This document shows, in pieces, positions 12,877 through 23,486 of a stretch of 64,000 nt of DNA. The position numbers and the translations under genes were made by a program. The notes below the pieces were generated by a model, which worked only from the letters and a program-made list of their open reading frames with translations, was not told the origin of the DNA and ran no database searches. The stretch lies in NCBI GenBank assembly GCA_051294905.1, contig CM119378.1, positions 4,280,001-4,344,000 of the forward strand, written 5' to 3'. The DNA is from Botryllus schlosseri. Taxonomy: Eukaryota. Numbering within the stretch: the stretch's first letter is position 1; each line of letters opens with the position of its first letter.

Positions 12877-15354
12877 ATGGCTGATAACGCCACAGAGGCG
12901 GTGTGCGCGCTGTTTTTAAACTACAGTTGCAGTTCCGGAAATATCTTGCCCTTGGTAAACGAATCACAATGGAGCACAGGATTCCGTGCGTTTATCTACT
13001 TAGTCGGGTTACTGTGGAGCTTTATGTTCGTCGCTATCATCGCCGACACCTTCATGTGCTCAATCGAGGTGATCACCAGTAAAACGACTGTCATAAAAGT
13101 CGCGAGGCCTGATAAGGAAGAAGGATATCGGACGCTTGAGGTCCGAGTATGGAATGATACAGTCGCCAACTTGACTTTGATGGCTCTTGGTTCCAGTGCG
13201 CCTGAAATTCTGCTGTCCGTTATTGAAATTGTGGGCAATAATTTCCACGCCGGAGAATTAGGACCGAGCACTATCGTGGGATCGGCTGCGTTCAATTTGT
13301 TGATCATCATCGCTGTATGCGTGATGGGTATACCGATCGGAGAAGTCAGAAAAATTAAGAGATACAAAGTCTTCGCCACCACTTCGCTTTTTGCTATATT
13401 AGCCTACGTGTGGCTGTACATTGTCTTGGTCGTAAACACAAAAGACGAGGTAGATCTGTGGGAGGCGATTGCTACGTTTGCCTTTTTCCCTGTGTTGGTA
13501 GCTTTGGCGTTTATGGCGGATAAGGGATATTGTGGTAGGCAAAAAGTGAAACACACACAGCAGATGGAAATAGAACTGGGCAACAACGTAGAAGACGCGG
13601 CTTTGATGACAGCAAACAACTCAGAAGAAGAGAAACTCAAAGAAGTGGTGAGCGCTTTCATGCAGAATTTGGACAAACCTGAAAATCTATCCGAAGAGGA
13701 TGCGGCTTTAATCGCGGCGCATAAAATGCATTCTGATGTCGCTCACAGTAGGGCCTGGTATCGAGTCAAGGCTTCAAGAGATATATTAGCAGGTAGAAAA
13801 GTCACGCCGGATTTGAGCTGCGCTCTGAACACGTTAAGTTCAACGTCACCGGAAGATAAACTCCATTACAAAGTCGGAGTGGATGAAATCTTAGGCAACA
13901 CACAACCTAAACACGCTGTGATTGAGTTTGACGCTGTGTCTAGTTCAGTAATGGAAAACTGTGGTTCTGTTAAGATCGCGGTGGTACGTTCTGGGAACAC
14001 TCAAAGCATAGTGAATGTGAGATACGAAACAGTGGACGGCACGGCCACTTCGCATGAAGATTTCGTGCCTGTAAAAAGCACTATGACATTCTACGGGAAC
14101 GAGGTACGCAAATACATCGAAATCGATATAGTCGACGATGACGAATGGGAGCCGGACGAGACCTTTTTCGTGCGCTTGTTCTTAAGCAGTGACGATTCGG
14201 ACGGCGGGACCGTAAAATTGGGCAGTAAAAATATAAACCAAGTCACCATTATCAACGACGACGAACCAGGCACTATAGAGTTCACCAAACCAAGTCATTT
14301 AGTCACGGAACGTGTAGGCACAGCACGCATAGCGCTGAAAAGAACTAACGGTGCCGACGGTACCGTAACAGTGGAGTGGGTTTCGAAAAACATAACCGCA
14401 AAAGAAGGAACTGATTTCATCGGAGATAGTGGTAAAATTATCTTCGAAAACGGGGAAGACACAAAACATATCGAAATCCCAATCGTAAACGACCACAAGA
14501 CTGAAAAAGACGAAAGTTTCCAATTAGAACTAACATCTATATCAGAAGGAGCTAAACTAGGCCATCTTCAAAGAACCGTAGTCACCATCGTCGGAGATGA
14601 AGAATTTGAGGGCATGATCAAACGCGTCATGGCTAAGACACAATTTAAGTTGAAAAAGATGAAATTGGGATCGCAGTCCTGGGCGGAACAGTTTAAAGAC
14701 GCTATGAATGTAAACGGGGGCGATGTAGAAAACGCTACTGGATTCGATTATCTGATGCACTTTCTCACGTTCGGATTCAAATTCATTTGCGCATTTGTAC
14801 CGCCCCCTACGATGGCAGGCGGGTGGCCATGTTTTTTCTGCGCGTTGGCTGTGATTGGACTTTTGACTGCTGTTATACAAGATCTGGCGAGCATATTCGG
14901 TTGTCTAATCGGGTTGAAACCAAGTGTTACTGCTATTACGTTAGTGGCGCTTGGCACTTCACTACCGGATTTATTCGCTAGCAAGACAGCGGCTGTACAG
15001 GAAAAATCCGCTGACAACAGCATAGGAAATGTTACCGGTAGTAACAGCGTGAATGTGTTCTTGGGTCTTGGACTACCGTGGCTCATCGCTTCGATATACT
15101 GGAACGTCAAAGAGGGCACATCATTCCCGATACCGGCCGGGAATCTCGGCTTTAGCATCGCTATCTACTCGATATGCGCGGTTTTATCCACTTTGGTTCT
15201 CGTGCTTCGTCGTCTGACTGCATGCTCCGGAAAAGCAGAACTGGGTGGTGCCAAAATACCGAAAATCGCGACAGCGGCTTTTTTTGGGTTTCTGTGGTTT
15301 ATGTACGTGCTGCTGTCTTCTTTGCAAGCGTACGACATAATAGCGGGATTCTAA
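12877..15354 (+). CDS. SLC8A: Sodium/calcium exchanger (SLC8/NCX family), uninterrupted 825-aa ORF
   Basis: Alpha-1 repeat ANLTLMALGSSAPEILLS...GPSTIVGSAAFNL; two Calx-beta domains (VMENCG...IVDDDEWEPDETFFVRL...IINDDEPG and VTERVG...IVNDHKTEKDESF); SWAEQF motif; alpha-2 repeat VALGTSLPDLFASK...GNVTGSNSVNVFLGLGLPW. The exact paralog cannot be assigned. Confidence 0.97.
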   Translation: MADNATEAVCALFLNYSCSSGNILPLVNESQWSTGFRAFIYLVGLLWSFMFVAIIADTFMCSIEVITSKTTVIKVARPDKEEGYRTLEVRVWNDTVANLTLMALGSSAPEILLSVIEIVGNNFHAGELGPSTIVGSAAFNLLIIIAVCVMGIPIGEVRKIKRYKVFATTSLFAILAYVWLYIVLVVNTKDEVDLWEAIATFAFFPVLVALAFMADKGYCGRQKVKHTQQMEIELGNNVEDAALMTANNSEEEKLKEVVSAFMQNLDKPENLSEEDAALIAAHKMHSDVAHSRAWYRVKASRDILAGRKVTPDLSCALNTLSSTSPEDKLHYKVGVDEILGNTQPKHAVIEFDAVSSSVMENCGSVKIAVVRSGNTQSIVNVRYETVDGTATSHEDFVPVKSTMTFYGNEVRKYIEIDIVDDDEWEPDETFFVRLFLSSDDSDGGTVKLGSKNINQVTIINDDEPGTIEFTKPSHLVTERVGTARIALKRTNGADGTVTVEWVSKNITAKEGTDFIGDSGKIIFENGEDTKHIEIPIVNDHKTEKDESFQLELTSISEGAKLGHLQRTVVTIVGDEEFEGMIKRVMAKTQFKLKKMKLGSQSWAEQFKDAMNVNGGDVENATGFDYLMHFLTFGFKFICAFVPPPTMAGGWPCFFCALAVIGLLTAVIQDLASIFGCLIGLKPSVTAITLVALGTSLPDLFASKTAAVQEKSADNSIGNVTGSNSVNVFLGLGLPWLIASIYWNVKEGTSFPIPAGNLGFSIAIYSICAVLSTLVLVLRRLTACSGKAELGGAKIPKIATAAFFGFLWFMYVLLSSLQAYDIIAGF

Positions 15355-16735
15355 GAGCACGGTGTCGACGGAAAATCTCGATTAGAGTCCCACCGATTAT
15401 ATTGGTTCGCCGATAATGTCGAGTCGATATCGCACTCTGAAAGGTTAAAAAATAGCGGCACTTTTCGTGGAAATGGCTGTAAAGGTGTTTAGATAAATGC
15501 TCTGAATTTTTGGTAATGCGCCTTACGCTAGATGCCATATCTTTTGAGTATCGACTGAATATATCAGGGCTATCGGGGAAGATGCTAGTTATAGTTATCG
15601 GCTCAAAATCAGATTTCGGTCTGGCTTTTAGTCTGGATTCCCGGGAACGCGTCATACGCGTTGCCCTACACTCCTTGTATTCGTTTAGTATAAGAAATCA
15701 ATCGGAACACCGCTTAATCAGTTATATTTTCAATACATATTCTTTTATAAACTAAAAATCACGGAGTTGTCGATTTTTATGTAGACTTTCGTCGTGTCCT
15801 GATAAGCTCTTAAGCGATATCGATTTCTAACGTGAAGCCGGCTGTTGCAACTCACGGAGATTTTAGCCTTGACAGGAACAACTTTGATTCAGCATTAATT
15901 CGCAATTATCTGTCCGACACTAGTCATATATGTCCAGGATGTATTACCGTACGACTATGCGTGACTTAACAAGACTGTGATGGCATAAATGCATGATCCG
16001 ACGATTATCTATAGTCAGAAACAGCAGACCTATGCATCGGCTACATTTTCGTGTTGAGTCTCGAGTTTCAGTGGTTTTAGACTCAATTTGTAACCTAGAC
16101 ACCTTCCCGGTGTAGATTGAGCTTTTGAGTATCGAATTCCGATCACACACCGTCTCCTTCATGTTTTATTCACCGGATGGGAGCAGGAGTAGTCAGCACA
16201 CTCTCAGTGATGAATTAGTGGGAGCTCTCTTGCTAGAGACTTGGGATTCGTAGCTGGAACGTTGTAAATTTTTTATGATCACTTTCTGAAAACGATTTTT
16301 TTTTACCTGATGGTAAAGATAAGCACGGATTTTGCTGTTTCATATACTCAATTTTGCGTCCAATTCCAACTCGCGTACCAATACGTTGCACAAGTTAAAT
16401 CTAGCATTTACGTCCATCGTTATCACTGTGAATGTGGCATGAATAGTCATGATTTTGCGATCTAAAAAGAATTATCAATAACATTAATCGTCTGGGGAAT
16501 AAGACGGGAATACGACGTTTTCGCATATATCTTATAGGCTTACATATATATATAGGCGTATTTCTCACACCACCGCAGTCAAGTTATTTCTTGGTAAACC
16601 ATTGTCTATTTCAGGCAATCTGTATACACAAAACGCATACCAGAATCGTTATACGAAATTGCATTGGTTATGGACTGAAATATCAATGAATGAGCTCTCC
16701 CCTCTATGTCTTTCCATGCGACGAAACAAGTACAA

Positions 16736-16899
16736 TAGGGCGGAGTGGATCGACAAATTCTCTGGTCCGACTCCGATCCTGATTTTCAATTCTCTGGTCC
16801 TGCTCCGGCCGTATCAGAAAGAGCACTGATCCGGCTCCAGTTAGAAATGAAAAAGTCCGGCCGGATATCCAATCCGGCTCCGGTCCATGCTCCGCCCTA
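16736..16899. mobile_element. hAT-Ac-like MITE with TCCGG repeats
   Basis: TIR TAGGGCGGAG/CTCCGCCCTA; TSD decayed. Confidence 0.75.
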
Positions 16900-18010
16900 C
16901 AAAACAAGCAAAAGTGTCCAGGTTAAGTATTTCATTGACTCAAACAACCTGCTCAAAGGCTACTCCTCAATTAAGAAGTGGTTTCTTGTCACAGGAAGAC
17001 GCTATAATAGGTCCTCGTATTGATTGGGAAACTGTTAGCAGTTTCTCGAACTCGCGTGGCTTGAGGAATCAATGGACGAAATTTCAAATTGCACCCTCAT
17101 TTTTATCCTGGCTGCGTCTTCGTCTAAACGCATTTTCCCGTCGCCCGCTATATAATCATCTCGAACGTGCCTATATAGGCCTACCACTATAATACGTTAC
17201 AAACGAGTGGCCCAGAGGGATATTGTAACAAATCAAATAAACCAACTTTCATGTGCAAGACCTGAAAAGCTCAGAGAAAAGCAATTTAGCATCACGTATC
17301 TGATATTTGATGACGGCTATAACTTCTGTGTGTACAGAAAACTGTACGTGATCATTGTACTATTTACTGAGTGAAGACCGGCTTGGAGTTTTCTACTGTT
17401 CCAACGATTTATCAATAAATTGCCATATACTTTCAAAGACTTGAATATACCGTTGCTACAACGTCGGTAACAAACTGTTCTGCGACACTCCCCAAGGAAT
17501 TTCGATTGAAATGTGGTATTAACTGGGCTATCAATTAACTCAAAAAATATTTATAGATTGTATTTCATTCTTGCCCACTTTCGCGGGCTAATTGAGTCGT
17601 ACATTTAAATATTCATGAGCTGCTCCGCTAAACATTAACTGTCATTATGTATGGATTATAGCATTGTAAGAAAGTACTCGCACAACATATGAATTATATA
17701 TCTCAAATTAATTTCGAAGTATATTCGTGCTTCTGTAGAGTACAGAAATGATGAGCATAACACATATAATTCAACAAGAGTGGAGAAGTTTTTAAAGTAT
17801 TAGTTATAAACTATAGATATAGCACTTATAAACCACCTTGACACTTCATTGACCCGCCGATCGAGATGATAAAAACCAGTGTAGCTTCCCTGATATGGCA
17901 TGCTAAGAACCAACAGGAACGCCATTGAAATTCTGGGTTCAGAATCTCGTCTTTTCGCGATTGCCCAGAATGCCCATGCCCACATTAGTAATACAAGTCC
18001 GTATGGTTTT

Positions 18011-18602
18011 CAAGGTTGTGATGCCTCGAGTCATGACTCGACTCGAGTCGCGATTTCTTGATGACTCGATTTGACTCTAGTCATTTTCGAAAAATACGGA
18101 AATGGCTCGAGTCGAGTCAATCTTTGTATTGACTCGACTTGGACTCGAGTCATTGCGCATGACTGGAACCAAATCATATGACTCGAGACTCAGACAGTCA
18201 AGACCGACATTTTATTGTAATTTCGAAGAATTGTAAAGTAACCGCGCTATTTGGGATTTCGTCTATTGGTAGTTGGTAGTTGGTACTGGTCCTTGAAAAT
18301 GCGACCACAAACAGCTAAAGTGATGAAAATTAGTATGTTAGAAATGCGAACCATTCGATATCACCAATCAAAATTATAAAAAGTGGGTTTAACAAGATTT
18401 GAACTGTCTGAGCAGTCAACACAATTACTTGGACTCGAACTCGAGTCATAATGCCAATACTCGGACTCGACCCTTTGCTCGCTGACTTGGACTCGGACTT
18501 GACTCGGTGGTGTATTGAAAATGACTCTACTTGACTCGAGTCAAAACTATAAAAGTGATATTGACTTGTGACCCGGAGCCTTGCGACTTGCTTACAACCC
18601 TG
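18011..18602. mobile_element. hAT MITE with GACTCGA subterminal repeats
   Basis: Ends CAAGGTTGTGA/TTACAACCCTG, 7/8 TSD ATGGTTTT/ACGGTTTT. Confidence 0.85.
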
Positions 18603-21095
18603 ACGGTTTTTGATACCATATACGCCCACCTTTAGGAGGATTCGTCCTCCTTTTTGAAGATTTTGAAAATGTCAGCCGACCACCTAGTGGGAAAAATTTA
18701 CCGTTTCTTTGAAGATTTTTCCATGGTATTCCAAGTTTGAAAATTTTGAAAAAGTGTCCTCCTATCCCGATTCCAAAATATGGTAACCCTATATACGTAT
18801 TGACATAATCACATAACACAAACACAGCCACCCACACAATACACATACTGATATACCCCGGTATAGCCTTTTCACTCTCAGACACTTCCTATTACACTAC
18901 TCCAGTCATACTACTATTTCAACCACGCGACACATTCACGCAAGACCAGTCTGCCATCTCCGGCCACTCTCTCAGCCAGAGTGTCGCATCTCAACATCCA
19001 ATCCCACGCGCAACGTAAATTAACAGAAATACCGAGCATCCTAGAAACATGTCAAGGACAATAAGGATGCGATTACGGGGACGTCACAGTAGTTTTTTTT
19101 TCTATATTCTTTCTTTGTCTGATGCAGCGCAGGACTTGCTTTGTGGTGAGGAATACAAGTGCTCCGAAATATGTTCATTATTACTAAAACATCATTCGGG
19201 TGTCCAAGAACACGATTTTGGGTCACAGCAAAACGGGTTATGGTCATTTACCGCCGCACTGAATGACTTTGTAAGCTGTAATATCTGGCAGCAGGGAGAC
19301 AATAGTTATTTGCATTCTATTCTTTGAGCACTGTAACTTGCATACATCATCTAGCCTTGGCGTAACATCGTATAGGTATCAAAAATCGTTTGTAATTGTC
19401 ACATTCACAACAGTTCATTTCGAGACGTAGATTAGGAAGACAGGGGCCGTGTCTGCTATGCTTTTTGATTATTCAACGTATCGCACAATTCAAGATTTCG
19501 AGTCGGGTACATCGAATTCGCGAGTGATATAGGCCGCCGGCGTGGCAGTAACTGAAATTTGATGATTTTGAAAAGGGGGTATCCGAGCCCCTAAACCTGA
19601 AGACGATATTGTCTTTACCTCTCAAAGATATGTTTATACTGCCACGAGAATAATTATTTTGGCTGTGATTAAAATTTACCAACAGGGCGTTTCAATATTG
19701 CTCAATTCAATACACAAAATAAATAGTTAGCAAAGAGCCATATCTTATACCCAAAAGAGCCATATATGGCTCGCGAGCCATAGGTTCCCGACCACTGCAG
19801 TCTACACTCTACCTATATGTTGCTGATGATTACCCGTGGCGAGTTTCAGCCAGAAATACTCATATATAGCCTATTTCAATTTCAATATGAATATATTATT
19901 CAATTGTATGTTTTGTATCTCCAAGATGCTCTTGAATTGCCTATTCCCAGGCTTTAATTTGTTACGGAAATAGTATGTTTGTTTGTGAATCGCGTGTGTA
20001 AAGTAGGGGTCGGCATACTTTTTTGCTCTGCAGGCCGGTATTAAAAAAACACAAATGTTCAACATGGAAAATGAGTAGGCCTACAGCACAGTACACGGTG
20101 AATAAGGGGTGCACATGCACATGCACGCAGTCAGGCAGTAACACAGCATATGCTTCGATCGGTTGAAGAGAATGAATTAATTCTCTTTAAATTTATATCA
20201 GTGATCTTGACCTATATACATGCAAAAATATACGAAGTTTTCGCGGACCGGTTGCCGAGCCCTTGGCGTAAATGAATGATGGTGAATGGCAGGGTAACCA
20301 TATTTTGGAAATGTGAAAAGAGGACGCTCCTTCAATATTTTCCGATTTACAATTCAGGAGTAAAATAAAAATCCGGAAACAAATGGTAAATTGTCTTCGA
20401 CTTTATGGTTGGTTGACTAAAAAAAAAGGTAAACACTTCGTCGCGACTACGCTTTGTTACCATACTCTTCCGTTGGTTGATTAAAAAAAGGTCAACTTTC
20501 CGGCCCAGCTCCCGAAATAGTCGCCGAAGCGTTACTTCAGTGCTGATTTACTGTGTCTCACTCGAATTTTACCCTATATTTAAACAAAATTCTCGAAAAA
20601 GACGACAAAATCTCCAAAAAGAGGACATTTTGGCGTCCTCCGGGGACACTTTCCAAAAAGTCAAAAAAGAGGACAAATCCTTTTAAAAGAGGACGTATGG
20701 TAACCCTAAGTGAATTGTGATGAAATGGCCTGCATCGCAAGTCTCACTTCATCACGTGGGGGCTTATGACCAGCGTTTGGAGGACGGGGACATGAGAACG
20801 TCTATTGTAAGCTCACGCGGAACGAGCGCGAAAAAGGCATTATATACAATAAATGACATGCGCCCACTAGGAAGTAGCCTACAATATCTGCAGTGATGTC
20901 GATCGTGTTAGATCAGGGGTGGGCAACTTGCGGGTGTATAAGGGAATTTGTACGGCTGTCGACCTGCAAATTGACTCCCGAATTTTCGAGAGATTATAAT
21001 TATTCTTAAAATTTTCTTCGCGCTGCGCGCTATTAAATGTGACTTCATTTTTCGATTTTAATATAGCAGCGTCCTTTGCAATCTGAACCCCATGG

Positions 21096-21460
21096 AATGT
21101 ATGTATGTAATAATGGGCACAACACAGTGGAGCTTATCGCCATTTTAGGCCGTGTGCTCCACGACATGAATTTCATAATGTTCATTGTTCTTTGCTTTTT
21201 GTATTCTTGGGAACATCTTTCAATCTCTCTCGCAGTCATTCTGCATTCTCTCACGCTCCCATGCGTCCTCGGCGTGGTCTCTGCTGTAGCACGGCTCACT
21301 TTCAGTCTGAACTTTTCAAGGCACTATCGTAGTAGTGAGGTCGGCGATGAGGAGCCCAGATAAACCTCCGACACGTAGACGTTGGTCAGAACCGGGATTC
21401 GTACCAACGCTCATTGGTGTCGTGACTGCAGTGATTAACCAACTGCGCCACTCGCTTACC
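21096..21460 (-). mobile_element. Older tRNA-derived SINE with the same core and a (TACA)n tail
   Basis: A box TGGCGCAGTTGG, decayed B box GGTACGAATCC, core GTGTCGGAGGTTTATCTGGGCTCCTCATCGCC...GTGAGCCGTGCTA matching the 58 kb SINE; 11/13 TSD CTGAACCCCATGG/CAGAACCCCATAG. Confidence 0.8.
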
Positions 21461-21973
21461 CAGAACCCCATAGTAGACGCGAACATCACATGAAAATGAT
21501 TCGCCCCATTTACAACTATACCAATTTGGAATCGTGTGCTCCTCACGAAAGAAATTTGCTTCTGGTATGTTTGAGCGATTCCAATGTCTTTCTACTACAC
21601 CGACAATCCTGTTGGAAGGTCAAAATAACATCATGCAACAAAATGACCATAATACCAATTGGCTCCCCCGAAGATTTATCATCATTTATAACACTAGTAC
21701 TGTAATAACCGGCGAGTTGACCAAAAAAAGGTCAAATTTTCGGTTCGACCTCGAAATTACACTGTTAGAGCTAAATTTGCATGAGTTGACTAAAAAAACG
21801 TCACATCTCCCACTTGACTCCAATATAGCCGTTTTAACGCGCCATCGCCCCCCTATCGCCCCTTCGTTATTTTCGCCCCCCTAACCCGCCAAATCGCCCA
21901 TTGGGGGAAAATATCGCCCACGTTGGGGACCACTGGCCGAGGCGATGTAAGGATGTAAGGGTGATGCATATTG

Positions 21974-23105
21974 CATCATCATTCGTCAACATTGGTTGAT
22001 TGGCAATTCTTATCAGTTCAATTATCGTTCAATGCACCACAAAAATGCGATAAGAGATATAGTAAGGTAGAAAAGATAGCAAGGTGTCGAAGCGACCTGG
22101 AGTAGTCTATGGAATCAGGCACCTACCTTGGCCTAGGCCAGTCGTTCCCAACCTTTTTTCAGCTCATCGCCCCTTTTTCAAGCTCCACACCGATCATCGC
22201 CCAACAAATTTTGTGAACCGAATGATAAGCATACAAACTGTAATCACCGGCTGGAAAAAAGGTCAACTTTTCGGCTCGATGTCAAACGTCTACACTTTTG
22301 CAGCTAAATTTTGATGGGTTGACTAAAAAAAGGTCATTTCTCCGATTTGGCTCCAATTTCCCCGTTTTAACGCGCCATCGCCCCTTCGCTATTTTGCCCT
22401 CTGTCGCCCCCTCTGTCCATTTTCGGCCCCCTATCGCCCCCTTCGTCATTTTCGCGCCCCCCCCCCCCCCAAGACCACCAAATCGCCCACGTTGGGAACC
22501 ACTGGCCTAGGCGATATACTGAGGAGGCATGCACATTGCACACTGAATGAAAAGTAAATAAGATAGTATAGAAAAAAGCAAGCGACAAGGAATGGGGTGA
22601 CATGTCATGGAATGCGATATTGATAGATCATGTCGTGGTCTGGTAATCTTGAGGATGGATTAGTATTCATTTAGTAGTAATTCCTTGTGTTTCGACTTGA
22701 ATGTGGACATGCTCGTCGACTGTCGGATGGCCGGCGGGATACTGTTCCACACTTCAGGTCCGGCATATTTGATAGAGCGATGACCTTTTTGGTCGATCAT
22801 ATAATATTTGGACGACGTGGACGCGCGCGTGTACCTGTGGGCTTTTGATTCCGAAGGAAAAAAGTCAATGAAATATTCGGGGCAACGACCGCAGTGGAAC
22901 TGATACATAAGCTTGGCATATCTTCTATGTTTAGGACACCGAATCTTTTCAGCAGAGACTGTTGGATGGACAACCAGGCCCCCTTGGGGCCCTAGCTATG
23001 ATACTGAGTACGTTATGTTCTAGTTTTTGCTGTGGCTTGAGTGCAGTTTTACTGGTAGCGCCCCTCCCCACAGAGGATGCCATATTGAAACTTCGATTGG
23101 ATTAA
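21974..23105 (-). mobile_element. 5'-truncated L2/CR1-group (Crack-like) LINE, interrupted by a MITE
   Basis: C-terminal ORF2 remnant MYQFH...HRYTRAS...SIKYAGPEVWNSIPPAIR...FKSKHKELL, 3' UTR and decayed (ATG)n tail. Confidence 0.85.
22139..22504. mobile_element. Charlie/Buster-like MITE inserted in a LINE 3' UTR
   Basis: TIR CAGTCGTTCCCAAC/GTTGGGAACCACTG, exact TSD GCCTAGGC. A partial relative lies at about 21700-21935. Confidence 0.92.
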
Positions 23106-23486
23106 GGATTTAATTAAAGAGTATCAGTAGAACCCATGCATTGCACACTGAATGCAAAGTAATAGAAATAACGTAAAAGGAGGAGTCGATATAAGTGTAA
23201 TTGCTTGGTTATTAACTTGGTCATTAATTTGGTCCCGGAATTCCCTCTAGCATATTGTTAATCGAAGTTTCATTCGTATTTTGAAAGAAGGACTTAGCTT
23301 AAATAAAAACCATGAAAACCATACAAATTTAAACACTCTCCATTGTCATGGAAATAACATCACGCATCAGTGGCTCGTTCATTTCTTCGTTGGTTGCCTT
23401 GAGAGTTCAGTATAATATTGATACAAGTCGTGTGTTATAGCGTTGATATATTGTAAGCGTTGTTATATCTTGCCAAATCAGCGAAA

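Noticed and set aside
12996..15158. Several minus-strand ORFs of 60-136 aa
   Set aside because: Antisense shadows of the NCX coding sequence.
23460..23486. TTG start for the WDR93 ORF
   Set aside because: An alternative-start artefact of the ORF caller. The ATG at 23487 in an AAAATG context is preferred.
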